From: Glycera tridactyla | Taxonomy: Eukaryota | NCBI GenBank assembly: GCA_965644265.1 | Contig: OZ286471.1 | Coordinates: 46,934,001-46,998,000 of the forward strand | Reading direction: 5' to 3' | Length of the DNA: 64,000 bases | Part shown: piece by piece, positions 27,501-39,665 of the stretch | Position numbering within the stretch: the first letter of the stretch is position 1 | How the letters are laid out: each line of letters starts with the position of its first letter | Translations under genes and position numbers: made by a program | Notes under the pieces: model-generated | The model's input: only the letters and a program-made list of their open reading frames with translations | What the model was told of the DNA's origin: nothing | The model's database searches: none

Positions 27501-30500
27501 GACCTGAAGTTTGTGAGTTGATTCCGAACGTTCAGAGAGTATCTTTGAAGCAGTCCTGCATGGCACTGATGATTAACTGAGATAATGGTAACCGAAACAT
27601 TCTCACATCCGATCGTTGATTGTTACTCGATTCAACAGTGTGTGATTATGATATGTAGAATCTCATTGAAGCAATTTGCGACTGTAAAATTTAATTGCAC
27701 ATTCACCAGTTGACCATTTCCTGCATACTGCATGCTCTACATTTTCCTAGATCTCAAATGCAGCGAATCCACCCTTGTTGCATCAACATTAGTAACAGAG
27801 GCATCCTCATCGGCATCCCCCAGGCCAACCATACTTCCAACACAGCAAGTCACTCTACCAGGTAATATACCTCTGGCAGCTATATCATGAAGTTTCTGGC
27901 CATTCTCTAACGGCATTAGGTGATTTTATACGAATGCAAACCCATACTACATCTGTCACAAAAAAAATTGTTTGTCGCTTCTGTGACTGCATGATCGGGA
28001 ATTGCCATTTGGAGCCTGTTATCCGAAAATGCACTAGTTCATAAGTGATAGTCAATGTCTCTGGAATGTCACTGAGGCGAATTGGTCACCAATGATGACC
28101 AATGTCTATCTGTAATTGGTCGCAGATTCTTCCCTCCTCTTCCAAACAGTATTCACTCGGCACTCCCTTTGATCTACAACATTGTGGAATTGGATAAACT
28201 GTATCATCCAACATTATGCACTTCTATCTTGAAAAGCCATTTTGTATCTCCGCAATACTTCATGCTTCAAACAGACTGCTTTTTTGGATTGGTTAAAGAA
28301 TATTGTACAAAACATGTGTAGTTCTCCCTTCTCGGAATTTCAGGCAATCAATAGCTCCTAACTCGCTCGATTTATCAGTTTCACTTTTTACAGAAAATAC
28401 AACCATCACAGATTGCATGGACTCCATTGCCATCTCCATGATATATTTCATGGGTTCATTCACTACATTTTCCAGATGGTTGCTATATACCTACAGTGGG
28501 TGGAACTGCCAATGGTGCTAGCTGTGTCTTTCCATTTTTCTACGGAGGTGACAAATACTGGCAATGTACTGTCGTGAAGAACAACAACCGGGCATGGTGT
28601 TCTACAACTACCTTCTATGATGTTGACGAAAGATGGGGCAATTGTTTAGGTAGGCAAGTTGGTAATAGACTGCTAGGCTCGTTGTGAACTCAACTTGTTA
28701 CTGCGAATTTTGATTTCATGCTGAGTGTTCCATGAATATATTGAGTTTGTGATGCACATATATCTGGACCTGAAGTTTGTGAGTTGATTCCGAACGTTCA
28801 GAGAGTATCTTTGAAGTAGTCCTGCATGGCACTGATAAGTAACTGAGATAATGGTAACCGAAACATTCTTACATCAGATCGTTGATTGTTACTCAATTCA
28901 ACAGTGTGTGATTATGATATGTAGAATCTCATTGAAGCAATTTGCAACTGTAAAATTGAATCGCACATTCACCAATTGACCATTTTCTGCATACTGCCTG
29001 CTCTACATTTTCCTAGATCTCAAATGCAGCGAATCCACCCTTGTTGCATCAACATTAGTAACAGAGGCATCCTCATCGGCATCACCCAGGCCAACTATAC
29101 TTCCAACACAGCAAGTCACTCTACCAGGTAATATACCTCTGGCACCTATATCATGAAGTTTCTGGCCATTAACGGCATTAGGTGATTTTATACGAATGCA
29201 AACCCATACTACATCTGTCACAAAAAAGATTGTTTTTTTCGCTTCTGTGACTGCATGATCTGGAATTGCCATGTGGAGCCTGTTATCCAAAATGCACTAG
29301 TTCATAAGTGATGGTTAATATCTCTGGAATGTCACTGAGGTGAATTGGTCACCAATAATGACCAATGTCTGTCTGTAATTGATTGCATATTCTTCCCTCC
29401 TCTTCCAAACAGTATTTACTCAGCACTCCCTTTGATCTACAATATTTTGGAATTGGATACACTGTATCATCCAACAATATGTACTTCAATCTTGAGAAGC
29501 CATTTAGTATCTCCGCAATACTTCATACTTCAAACAGACCACTTTTTTGGATTAGTTAAAGAATATTGTCCAAAACATATGTAGTTCTCCCCTTTAGGAA
29601 TTTCAGGCAATCAACTGCTCCTAACTCGCTCGATTTATAAATTTCACTTTCTACAGAAAATACAACCATCACAGATTGCGTGGACTCCATTGCCATATCC
29701 ATGATATATTTCATGGGTTCATTCACTGCATTTTCCAGATGGTTGCTATATACCTACAGTGGGTGGAACTGCCAATGGTGCTAGCTGTGTCTTTCCATTT
29801 TTCTACGGAGGTGACAAATACTGGCAATGTACTGTCGTGAAGAACAACAACCGGGCATGGTGTTCTACAACTACCTTCTATGATGTTGACAAAAAATGGG
29901 GCAATTGTTTAGGTAGGCAAGTTGGTAATAGACTGCTAGGCTCGTTGTGAACTCAACTTGTTACTGTGAATTTTAATTTCATGCTGAGTGTTCCATGAAT
30001 ATATTGAGTTTGTGATGCACATATATCTGGACCTGAAGTTTGTGAGTTGATTCTGAACGTTCAGAGAGTATCTTTGAAGCAGTCCTACATGGCACTGATA
30101 AGTAACTGAGATAATGGTAACCGAAACATTCTTACATCCGATCGTTGATTGTTACTCAATTCAACAGTGTGCGATTATGATATGTAAAATCTCATTGAAG
30201 CAATTTGCAACTGTGAAATTGAATTGCACATTCACCAGTTGACCATTTCCTGCATACTGCCTGCTCTACATTTTCTTAGATCTCAAATGCAGCGAATCCA
30301 CCCTCGTTGCATCAACATTAGTAACAGAGGCATCCTCATCGGCATCACCCAGGCCAACCATACTTCCAACACAGCAAGTCACTCTACCAGGTAATATACC
30401 TCTGGCACCTATATCATGAAGTTTCTGGCCATTCTCACAAGTGCATCAGGTGATAATATACGAACGCAAACCCATATTACATCAGTCAAAAAAAAGATTG

Positions 30501-33500
30501 TTTGCCCCTCCTGTGACTGCATGATCTGGAATTGCCATGTGGAGGCTGTTATCCAAAAATGCACTAGTTCATGAGTGATAGTCAATTTCTCTGGAATGTC
30601 ACTGAGGCGAATTGGTCACCAATGATGACCAATGTCTATCTGTAATTGGTCGCAGATTCTTCCCTCCTCTTCCAAACAGCATTTACTCAGCACTCCCTTT
30701 GATCTACAACATTGTGGAATTGGATAAACTGTATCATCCAACATTATGCACTTCAATCTTGAAAAGCCATTTTGTATCTCCGAAATACTTCATGCTTCAA
30801 ACAGACCGCTTTTTTGGATTGGTTAAAGAATATTGTCCAAAACATATGTAGTTCTCCCATCTTGGAATTTCAGGCAATCAATAGCTCCTAACCCGCTTGA
30901 TTCATCAGTTTAACTTTCTACAGAAAATACAACCATCACAGATTGCATGGACTCCATTGCCATCTCCATGATATATTTCATGGGTTCATTCACTGCATTT
31001 TTCAGATGGTTGCTATATACCTACAGTGGGTGGAACTGCCAATGGTGCTAGCTGTGTCTTTCCATTTTTCTACGGAGGTGACAAATACTGGCAATGTACT
31101 GTCGTGAAGAACAACAACCGGGCATGGTGTTCTACAACTACCTTCTATGATGTTGACAAAAAATGGGGCAATTGTTTAGGTAGGCAAGTTGGTAATAGAC
31201 TGCTAGGTTCGTTGTGAACTCAACTTGTTACTGTGGATTCTAATTTCATGCTGAGTGTGCCATGAATATATTGAGTTTGTGATGCACATATATCTGGACC
31301 TGAAGTTTGTGAGTTGATTCCGAAAGTTCAGAGAGTATCTTTGAAGCAGTCCTGCATGGCACTGATAAGTAACTGAGATAATGGTAACCGAAACATTCTT
31401 ACATCCGATCATTGATTGTTACTCAATTCAACAGTGTGTGGTTATGATATGTAGAATCTCATTGAAGCAATTTGCAACTGTAAAATTGGATCGCACATTC
31501 ATCAATTGACCATTTTCTGCATACTGCCTGCTCTACATTTTCCTAGATCTCAAATGCAGCGAATCCACCCTTGTTGCATCAACATTAGTAACAGAGGCAT
31601 CCTCATCGGCATCCCCCAGGCCAACCATACTTCCAACACAGCAAGTCACTCTACCAGGTAATATACCTCTGGCACCTATATCATGAAGTTTCTGGCCATT
31701 CTCACAAATGCATCAGTTGATAATATACAAATGCAAACCCATATTACATCAGTCAAAAAAAAGATTGTTTGCTGCTCCTATGACTGCATGATCTTGAATT
31801 GCCGTGTGGTTACATAATACCGTCCTTTTCATATGTAGTTCATATGTAGTTCATAAATGGCATGCACATGTAAGCAGGGCAGGCAGATTTTCCAGAGGGG
31901 CATTTGGATTTCCATGATGTCTTCTCGCCCTGGTGAGGTGATGAATTTTAGGGCTAGCTCTCTCAAACTTTGTGTTCCCACTCTCTTGGGCCATGGATTC
32001 ACGGCTGTCGAATGGTTTCCAGACAATAAATTTGTGAGTTTCAGCGCTAGCCTTCTCAATCTTGGTGTACAGCCTTTTATAGACTATGCCAACACACCCA
32101 TTGATTTTTCAGTGGCTATCTTCAATTTCAAGGTCACTGAATGCAAAAAGGTCAAAAGAGTTTCTTGACAATCACCTCATAAATTACAGAGGTGGCTTTC
32201 GCAAACTTGGTGTACAGACATTCCCAGGCTATTGCTAGATTTTGGGGTTGCCATCTCAACTTTCAAGGTCATTGAGTGTGAACATGTATTACTTTTGTTC
32301 ATATATTTCACTTTTCTCATTTACTCTTCCTGTGACAAGCAAACACTCAGCACGGGGCAATCACACCCATTGAGTGCATCCACAGGCTAGTGGTGATACA
32401 CCAGCATTTTGATGACAGTGCCAAAAGGTCAAAAGTCAAGGTCACAGGAGCTATTTTCAGAATTTAATATTTTTCACTATAATTTGACTAAACATCAATC
32501 AGTATGTAGAAATCTCACTTGGTGAATTTTTCTAGTTTCCTAGGTCACCATGACCTGATCAAAGGCTTCCCTTGTCAGCAAGATTCCAGTCAAACTGCTG
32601 ACCCAAATTCAACTGAACGTCTCTGATGCTTGGGCATATTCTCGAGGACAAGTCCTACCCTAGGAGACCCCCCCCCCCCCCGGATCACAGTACACCTCAT
32701 ACCCCAGGACACATTGTCATACTTATGATTAGGTATTCTACATCATTGGTCACTCAAAGGATAATCGGCAACCAATAATGTCTAGTTCATCAGTGAGCAT
32801 GCTCACTCGAAGATGAATAAACAAGCAGGTGGGAAGCCAGACAGGCATGCAGGTAGTAAATAATAACACATCTGGGGGAGACATATTGAGTGAGGAGGTG
32901 CCTCACTAAAATTCTAGTTGCATACTTCATTGCCATTTCCGATATATATTCTTGATGGGTTCATCTATGCATTTCCAGATGGTTGTTATATACCTACAGT
33001 GGGCGGAAATGCCGATGGTGCTCGCTGTGTCTTCCCATTCTTTTACCGCGGTGACAAATACTGGCAATGTACTGTCATAAAGAACGACAACAAGGCATGG
33101 TGTTCTACAACTAGCTTCTATGATGTTGACAAACGATGGGGCAATTGTTTAGGTAGGCAAGATAATGATAAACTGCTTATCACTTTGTGAATTCAATTGG
33201 TTGAAATTAATTTTCATCTCATATTGAATGCCTGAAGAATTGAATGGAAAGCCATTACTACCTGACGTTCATGGGATGATATTGAATATTGAGAGAATCT
33301 GGAATGAACAACTTAAACCAATCTGCCTTAGATCATGAATTTTCATCCAATGATAATAAATGCACATCATGAGATTATTGGCAGATTGTTTTGAATGTAT
33401 TGTGCATGCTACTTTATAGCTGGGTGAGAACTACTTTTTGACCATTCCGTCCCTAATCCACGTGATTAAAGCAAGAATATATGGCCGTGAGGTAAAATGC

Positions 33501-36500
33501 AATACCAAACTAAATTCGCTATGCTGGCGAAATTGACACCTTGTTCGGTATTGCGTTTTTACTTCACGGACATATATTCTTACTAAAGTATTCTGTTTTT
33601 ATCAATCAGAGCTCCTCTGCAGCGCATCTTTATTCATGTGATTCTGTAATCCCTGTGTGTTGCATTCATTTGAGGTATTTGAGTTAGCTTTGTTTAGAAA
33701 AGGTGCGCTTCAGGGAATGCTTAGTTCCATAGATTCTTGTTCTTGAACTAACAAATTATATTTCATCACCAATAGATCAGTTATGCAGCACAACGGTATC
33801 CACGACCCTCGGCATCAGCAGCTCAGCGGCACCCATTGTATGTTACATACCAACTACTGGCGGCAATGGTAATGGTATGCAGTGCGTGATCCCCTTCATA
33901 TACAATGGGAATGTGTTCACTTCATGCACAGCTGTCCGGAATAATGGCATACCTTGGTGTTCTATCACTGCAAATTATGATGAAGATAAACTTTGGGGAA
34001 TCTGTTTAGGTAAGTCTTCTCGGGGCGATTTCCTGTGAGGAACTATTATTTGATATTCTGCAGATGACTCAAATCAGGAGACATTATTTGCTATTGGGAA
34101 ACATGGAGTTAAGGATGCTGCTATACCAAGGAATTTGACAAGAAAATCACATGGATATGACGATTGTTCAGTCGTCCTAGTATTTCCTTATCGATGTAAT
34201 TGTAACTCTGGCTTGTTCTGGATTGGGATGAATTATCACATCTCGGAGGTGGGAAGTTAGATATGGTTTTCATGACAAACACATAAGATGTACTGCTTAA
34301 CATACCAGCAATGTTACATCGACCAAACTATGCCAAGCTCAATGCTCGACCAAAATGGTTGATCATTTCAGTAGGTCTGGAAACTGATGTTAATAAATTG
34401 GGATCAGTTTGCATGTATTCGGTTCATTTTGTGTGAGATTCATATCCATTAATATGCGAGATGAATTTTGTTGTAAATGTTCACATTGGCCGCCAGTTAG
34501 TAGATGTTTGGACTAGATGATTTGGTGGTAAACAGAACAACACATATTCTTGGAAGACAATACAGATATATGAGGTTCCACCATCTACTATGACCACAAT
34601 GCTGATGAAGATCTTCTATCGTAGATATAAATACTTCCATATTGATCCGACCAACTTGTATAATTCTGTTCACTTGGGGATATGTTTACTCTTACATTTC
34701 CATAAGATATCCTAACCAGAGCTCCACACTCAACTCGTCTGTATTACAGCTATGGATAACCACCTGGAAATATCATATTCAAGCAGATATTTCATATAAT
34801 AATTTTATTAGATAAGATTTGAAGTCACATTTTCGGTGCATGAAATCACAATTCACTCCAATCCATACGTTCTTATTGTTCAAGATGTTATATGTGATGA
34901 ATCAACCAGCGGTCCTTCAACATCCCCGTCGATCAGTAGTCCATCAACTACTCCAGTGCTGACAGCACTGCCAACACAGGCACCCAGCACTCTTCCAGGT
35001 ACATNNNNNNNNNNNNNNNNNNNNNNNNNNNNNNNNNNNNNNNNNNNNNNNNNNNNNNNNNNNNNNNNNNNNNNNNNNNNNNNNNNNNNNNNNNNNNNNN
35101 NNNNNNNNNNNNNNNNNNNNNNNNNNNNNNNNNNNNNNNNNNNNNNNNNNNNNNNNNNNNNNNNNNNNNNNNNNNNNNNNNNNNNNNNNNNNNNNACCCA
35201 CGCCCCATCGTCCCGGACAAGTGCATGCACCCTGTCGGGCAAGTTCCTGTCTTTACAGCTTGTCCTAAGGGCAAGCATGTAAACAAGGTGTATTTAGGGT
35301 GAGCTGGCAGGTGGGGCCATCTCATGACTCCAGCAAACTAAATTGGACTATGATTGGTAGAGAGAGAGCACAATATATGCCAATTCGATATGTAGGTATA
35401 ATAAAATGTGGTGTATTAGGGCTCAAACTAGATGATCACTTTGTAATCATTCACCCCTTGATATCTGGGCAGGTGCATGTGAGATTCGGGCAAGTACCTC
35501 TTGGGTCTACTTGCCCTATGGGCAAGTACTCATTCTCACTTTCGTCGACCACTGGATAGATAAGGCTCACGTACAATAATAATACTCCTGCATAAGCAGA
35601 TATTACTCATATCCTATGACAATGTCAATAGCAAGGATAGCAGACTTAGTCTATTCGTTGGTGTGCATTAATTGGTCTGTCTTCGAAATCCTTCCATTCC
35701 CTTGTATCTTTACCAGGTAATTCGTGTTTTGTGTGGTAATTCCTTCTGAAATACCAATTATATAATTGATATCATGTAATGCATGATTAGTGTGGGGGTC
35801 CCAGGGGGCTTTGCCCTCCCCTGATTAGGATGAAATCTTAGAATGAGGAGTGGTTGGAAGGATTCTAAATTCCCATACCAATGAGGTAGGTTGGACTCTG
35901 AGAACTCCTGATTCTCTTCCATAGATGGATGTTACATACCAACATTCGGAGGAAATGCGAAAGGAAATTCTTGTGCATTCCCATTCTTCTATAAAGGTAA
36001 CAAATATTGGGAATGCATAACCATCGACAACGGAAATGCACCTTGGTGTTCGACAACAACGTTTTATGATGTCGACAAACGCTGGGGAAACTGCTTAGGT
36101 AAAGCAACATCACTTCCATGTCCAGATCGACAAAATGGTTATTCACATCGATAAAAATCACTGATGATATGTTATTCCACACTGTAGAGAGTACCCTTCT
36201 TCAACTAGAGATAACATTCAAATATCTAAGCTTGTGTCGTTTTATCTATGAAAGGAAATATACAACCATTCAGTATTGTATGCTATCTGTATGGTATGAC
36301 TTTTAAAGAATGTCGCAATTGAGAAGGGATTCGTTTGATGACTAAGAAATCCCAAGCATGTACAGATGGAATGGCAATCATGTCACTACATTCATGGTAA
36401 TGTCTCAATCTCCACTGTGCATATTTCTTAGATATCATCTGTGATGGAACAACAATTGTTCAATCTACGTTTGTGACTGGTGCTGGAACAACTACATCAG

Positions 36501-39500
36501 ATCCAACAGCATTACCTACCGGGCGCCCAGTAACCATACCAGGTACATATGTCCGTTATTACTTATGCTACCCTCTGCCCTATCATGCTGTGATTGGTTC
36601 ATTTACTGTTCATCCAGGTCAGTGTGAGACCACAACCCTTCCCATTGATCAGTGTGTTGGTCTGCAGCATTGGCTATGAGAAATGAATGGTAAATTCCCT
36701 GTCCTTCATGAAGTAGCCTCCTACTCAAATCAAATTGTCTTATGTATTTCACCTGTGAATTAGAATATGTTTTAAGCATGATAAACAATAACAATACCAT
36801 TTGTGCACGTATCAGTTGACATCTTAAAGTGTAGTACCTCCCGTGCCCTGTTTAGTAGTGTATCATACCTGGGGATGGTCAAACAAGTACACAATCATGG
36901 AGGGATCATCAAGATCAGGCACCAAACAAGTTTGCAGAGACTGTAGGATGATTCGATAACACCAGAGCCATATTGAGACTCTGGTGCAATGGGCATGGGT
37001 ATGGGTGGATTGTGGGGTATAGCAACGTATTTCGCAGTTTTGACTGATCAATTAGCCAGTGAGAATTGTCCTCTCACAATCAGACAAAAACAATACTTGA
37101 GTATCAATTGGTTTCTGTCACATTTGTACGTCCACGTAATGAAAATAAGTTCTTGCTGGCAATCATCATTTTCCCGAAATGTTCACGTAATGGTCATGTA
37201 AAGTAGTCTTGCTGGCATGATGTTTCACCTCAGATGACTTGTCAGATGTTCTCTGAAGACCATTACGTCGATCATTTTAGTTAGTGTATATATTACATTC
37301 GAGGACGATTATTTTCAAGATTATTGTTAGCGAGCTCGCCTGAACCCCGAGACTGATCATAACATTGCAAAGAGTCTTTCGCTTTTCTTAACCAGTCGCA
37401 ATGTCAGTTCTGATTTGCAACTGCTTTTCCAACTATATTGGTTTGGAGTCATATCATAAACGAAAAGGAAAGACAATAGGATTTCCTAATCATGTCTATA
37501 ATGCTTGTGATCTCAACGTAAATTCAGAATCTCCTCCCAACTTTGGCCCACACAGGCGCTGTCATGCCATTTGGAATGTGAATGCCATCATATAATGTAT
37601 TTTGCAGTCAAGACGATTTCACGTACTTGTTGAGACAAAGGTGAATCTGGGGGGGAATCTTGGGGGAGATCCTCCTGCCCCGATGCAGCCAGAATCTAGC
37701 GGGTGATACTGGAGTTCAACCATATTGTTCGTATCGTACAATTTGATTGATGGAGATTCGAGGTTTCACGAACATTCCTCTATCAACCCTTGGGTGTATC
37801 GCTTCTTTGCAGATATATGTTTTATACCAACAAGTGGAGGGACTGCAAATGGGGCTGCCTGTACATTCCCTTTTTTCTATCGTGGTGAAAAATACTGGCA
37901 GTGTACAACGATACGAAATGATGGTACCCTGTGGTGCTCAACGACAACTTTTTATGACGGGAACAAGCAATGGGGGAATTGTTTAGGTAATGGCCCACAC
38001 AATACTTCATACGGTGACAGTCAATATCAAAATCACTGGTTGTCGGTGGAAGGCAGGTAAAAGCATTACAGATGTGGAGAAAAAAGCCATGTTCATCATG
38101 GTGGATTTTCACATCACTGCAACCAAATTATAGCATGGGAATAGTTACATTCAATCTCAGATATCAAGATGGAGCTCTCGATTTCAGCTGTACCTCTCAT
38201 AGAGCCGATCATGGGAGGATTAAAAAAGCTAGATGCCTAACAATCTCGAATTTTGACTTTATGTCTGTATTCTTTTGCTTCAACGTTGAAGCATTAGTAG
38301 TACGCATAAGATATTCCCCGCGACTACTTTTCCTCAAGAGATGGATTAGTAGATACGTGGACATGTACTCTTCGTCATAATATGACTTTGTACATGCTTA
38401 ATGATATTGGAAAACCTATCAAATATACAAACATCGACACTTTTGTGATCTAATAACACAGCCGTGATATATTTTTTGCATCAATGCGGGCTGAGCTCCT
38501 GATAGATGCATGTACATTCAGGGACAAGAAATCATTGACTCCTGGCTAATATTGCTTCCAGATAAGTCTATTCTTGTAGAAATCCAGACAAAACACACCA
38601 TTGATTTTTTTTTTTCATGATTCGTAGATATTATCTGCGATGAGTCAACGGTAGTTCCTTCTACAATGGTGACTGATACTCAATCTACCAAAACACCGGG
38701 ACCAACAGCATTACCAACCCAAGCACCCAGCACTCTGCAAGGTAACTCTGAACTCATCTATGGTGGAGCCTATCAAACATGTATATGTGCCATGCGGGAG
38801 TTCATTGCATTGAGATCAAATATGCATAACAGTTTGGGGAAGAACACTAACTTAAACAATGTCCGAACCCTTTCCTGATTATTTTATTGGAAGGGGTTGA
38901 AACAAAAAGACTTTCTCTACCTGTGTAAATGGTGACTTGAAACTTGGTCGTGATGATGATGGAGAGAAAAACACAGTTATGTGTGTCAAGATATGACTGT
39001 AGTAATCCACTTGATGTACATATCTGCGTTCGTACATCTATGCTGTTCATGTGTGAGCGACAACCATATCTCATATTTGCGACGTAGGCATCGCCAAAAT
39101 ACATGTATACGGTGTCACGCACCAAATGAATCATGAATTCCGTTTTAGTTAGTTGTGCGATGATGTTTCAGATGGCTGCTATATTCCCACATCGGGAGGC
39201 ACTGCTGCTGGCGCATTTTGTGCATTCCCTTTTTACTACCGTGGGGAAAGATATGACTCATGCACAACAGTCAGGAACAACAATCGACCGTGGTGCTCAA
39301 CTACAACATTCTATGATGTTGACAAACTCTGGGGAAACTGTCTCGGTATTGTGAACCTGATTTATTTTCCTGATTTTCATCACACTGTCATCATCTACAT
39401 CTATCCATATTTGACCATTCATGGTGTAGTGCCCTTGATCGTACATAATGATCAGTAAAAATAAGTCCACAGCATACCATGTGTAATGATGCAGCCAATC

Positions 39501-39614
39501 CCTGTAATTTATCTGATTCAATGCATGTACAGGGACCATTTATATCTTGCCATCATTTAGTTTCATATTTAGTTGTTTTGTATCTACAGGAATCAATATG
39601 GTCATGTAATGAAC

Positions 39615-39665
<51 letters not shown>

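Larger units (their letters stand above)
1..31809 (+). repeat. Intragenic tandem array of 21 near-identical units (FN2 exon + 367-nt intron + linker exon + 611-656-nt intron); continues left of window
   Basis: FN2-exon spacings: 1307,1308,1266,1308,1266,1267,1308,1266,1308,1266,1267,1266,6443,1267,1307,1171,1268,1266,1263,1267. Homology to the unit ends at ~31809. Confidence 0.95.

Noticed and set aside
29003-29290. 95-aa minus-strand ORF, plus the MIGCKNV... antisense ORFs
   Set aside because: These are antisense shadows of the linker exon and introns, open only in some units.
1223-30851. Recurrent 64-79 aa ORFs (MVTN(N/D)DQC..., MSVCNW..., MSKT...) in each unit
   Set aside because: They lie in the linker-to-FN2 intron, mostly use TTG/GTG starts, come and go between units, and recur only because the DNA is repeated.
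371-31217. 63-aa MGGTANG... ORFs as independent small genes
   Set aside because: They start at an internal GTG, omit the first Cys and read through a GT donor; they are internal exons.
1-31809. CRISPR array or other prokaryotic repeat system
   Set aside because: Units are ~1.3 kb with no unique spacers and no cas genes; spliceosomal introns and microsatellites indicate an animal genome.
35196-35530. GGGCAAGT...ACTTGCCC motifs suggesting a DNA-transposon relic
   Set aside because: No definable ends or TSD (the left side is in an N run); too degraded to call.
35644-35716. Possible extra linker exon (CAG|ACTTAGTC...TTACCAG|GTAAT)
   Set aside because: It is 73 nt (not 3n), lacks the DxxC Cys, and a valid linker already precedes the next FN2; at most a decayed pseudo-exon.
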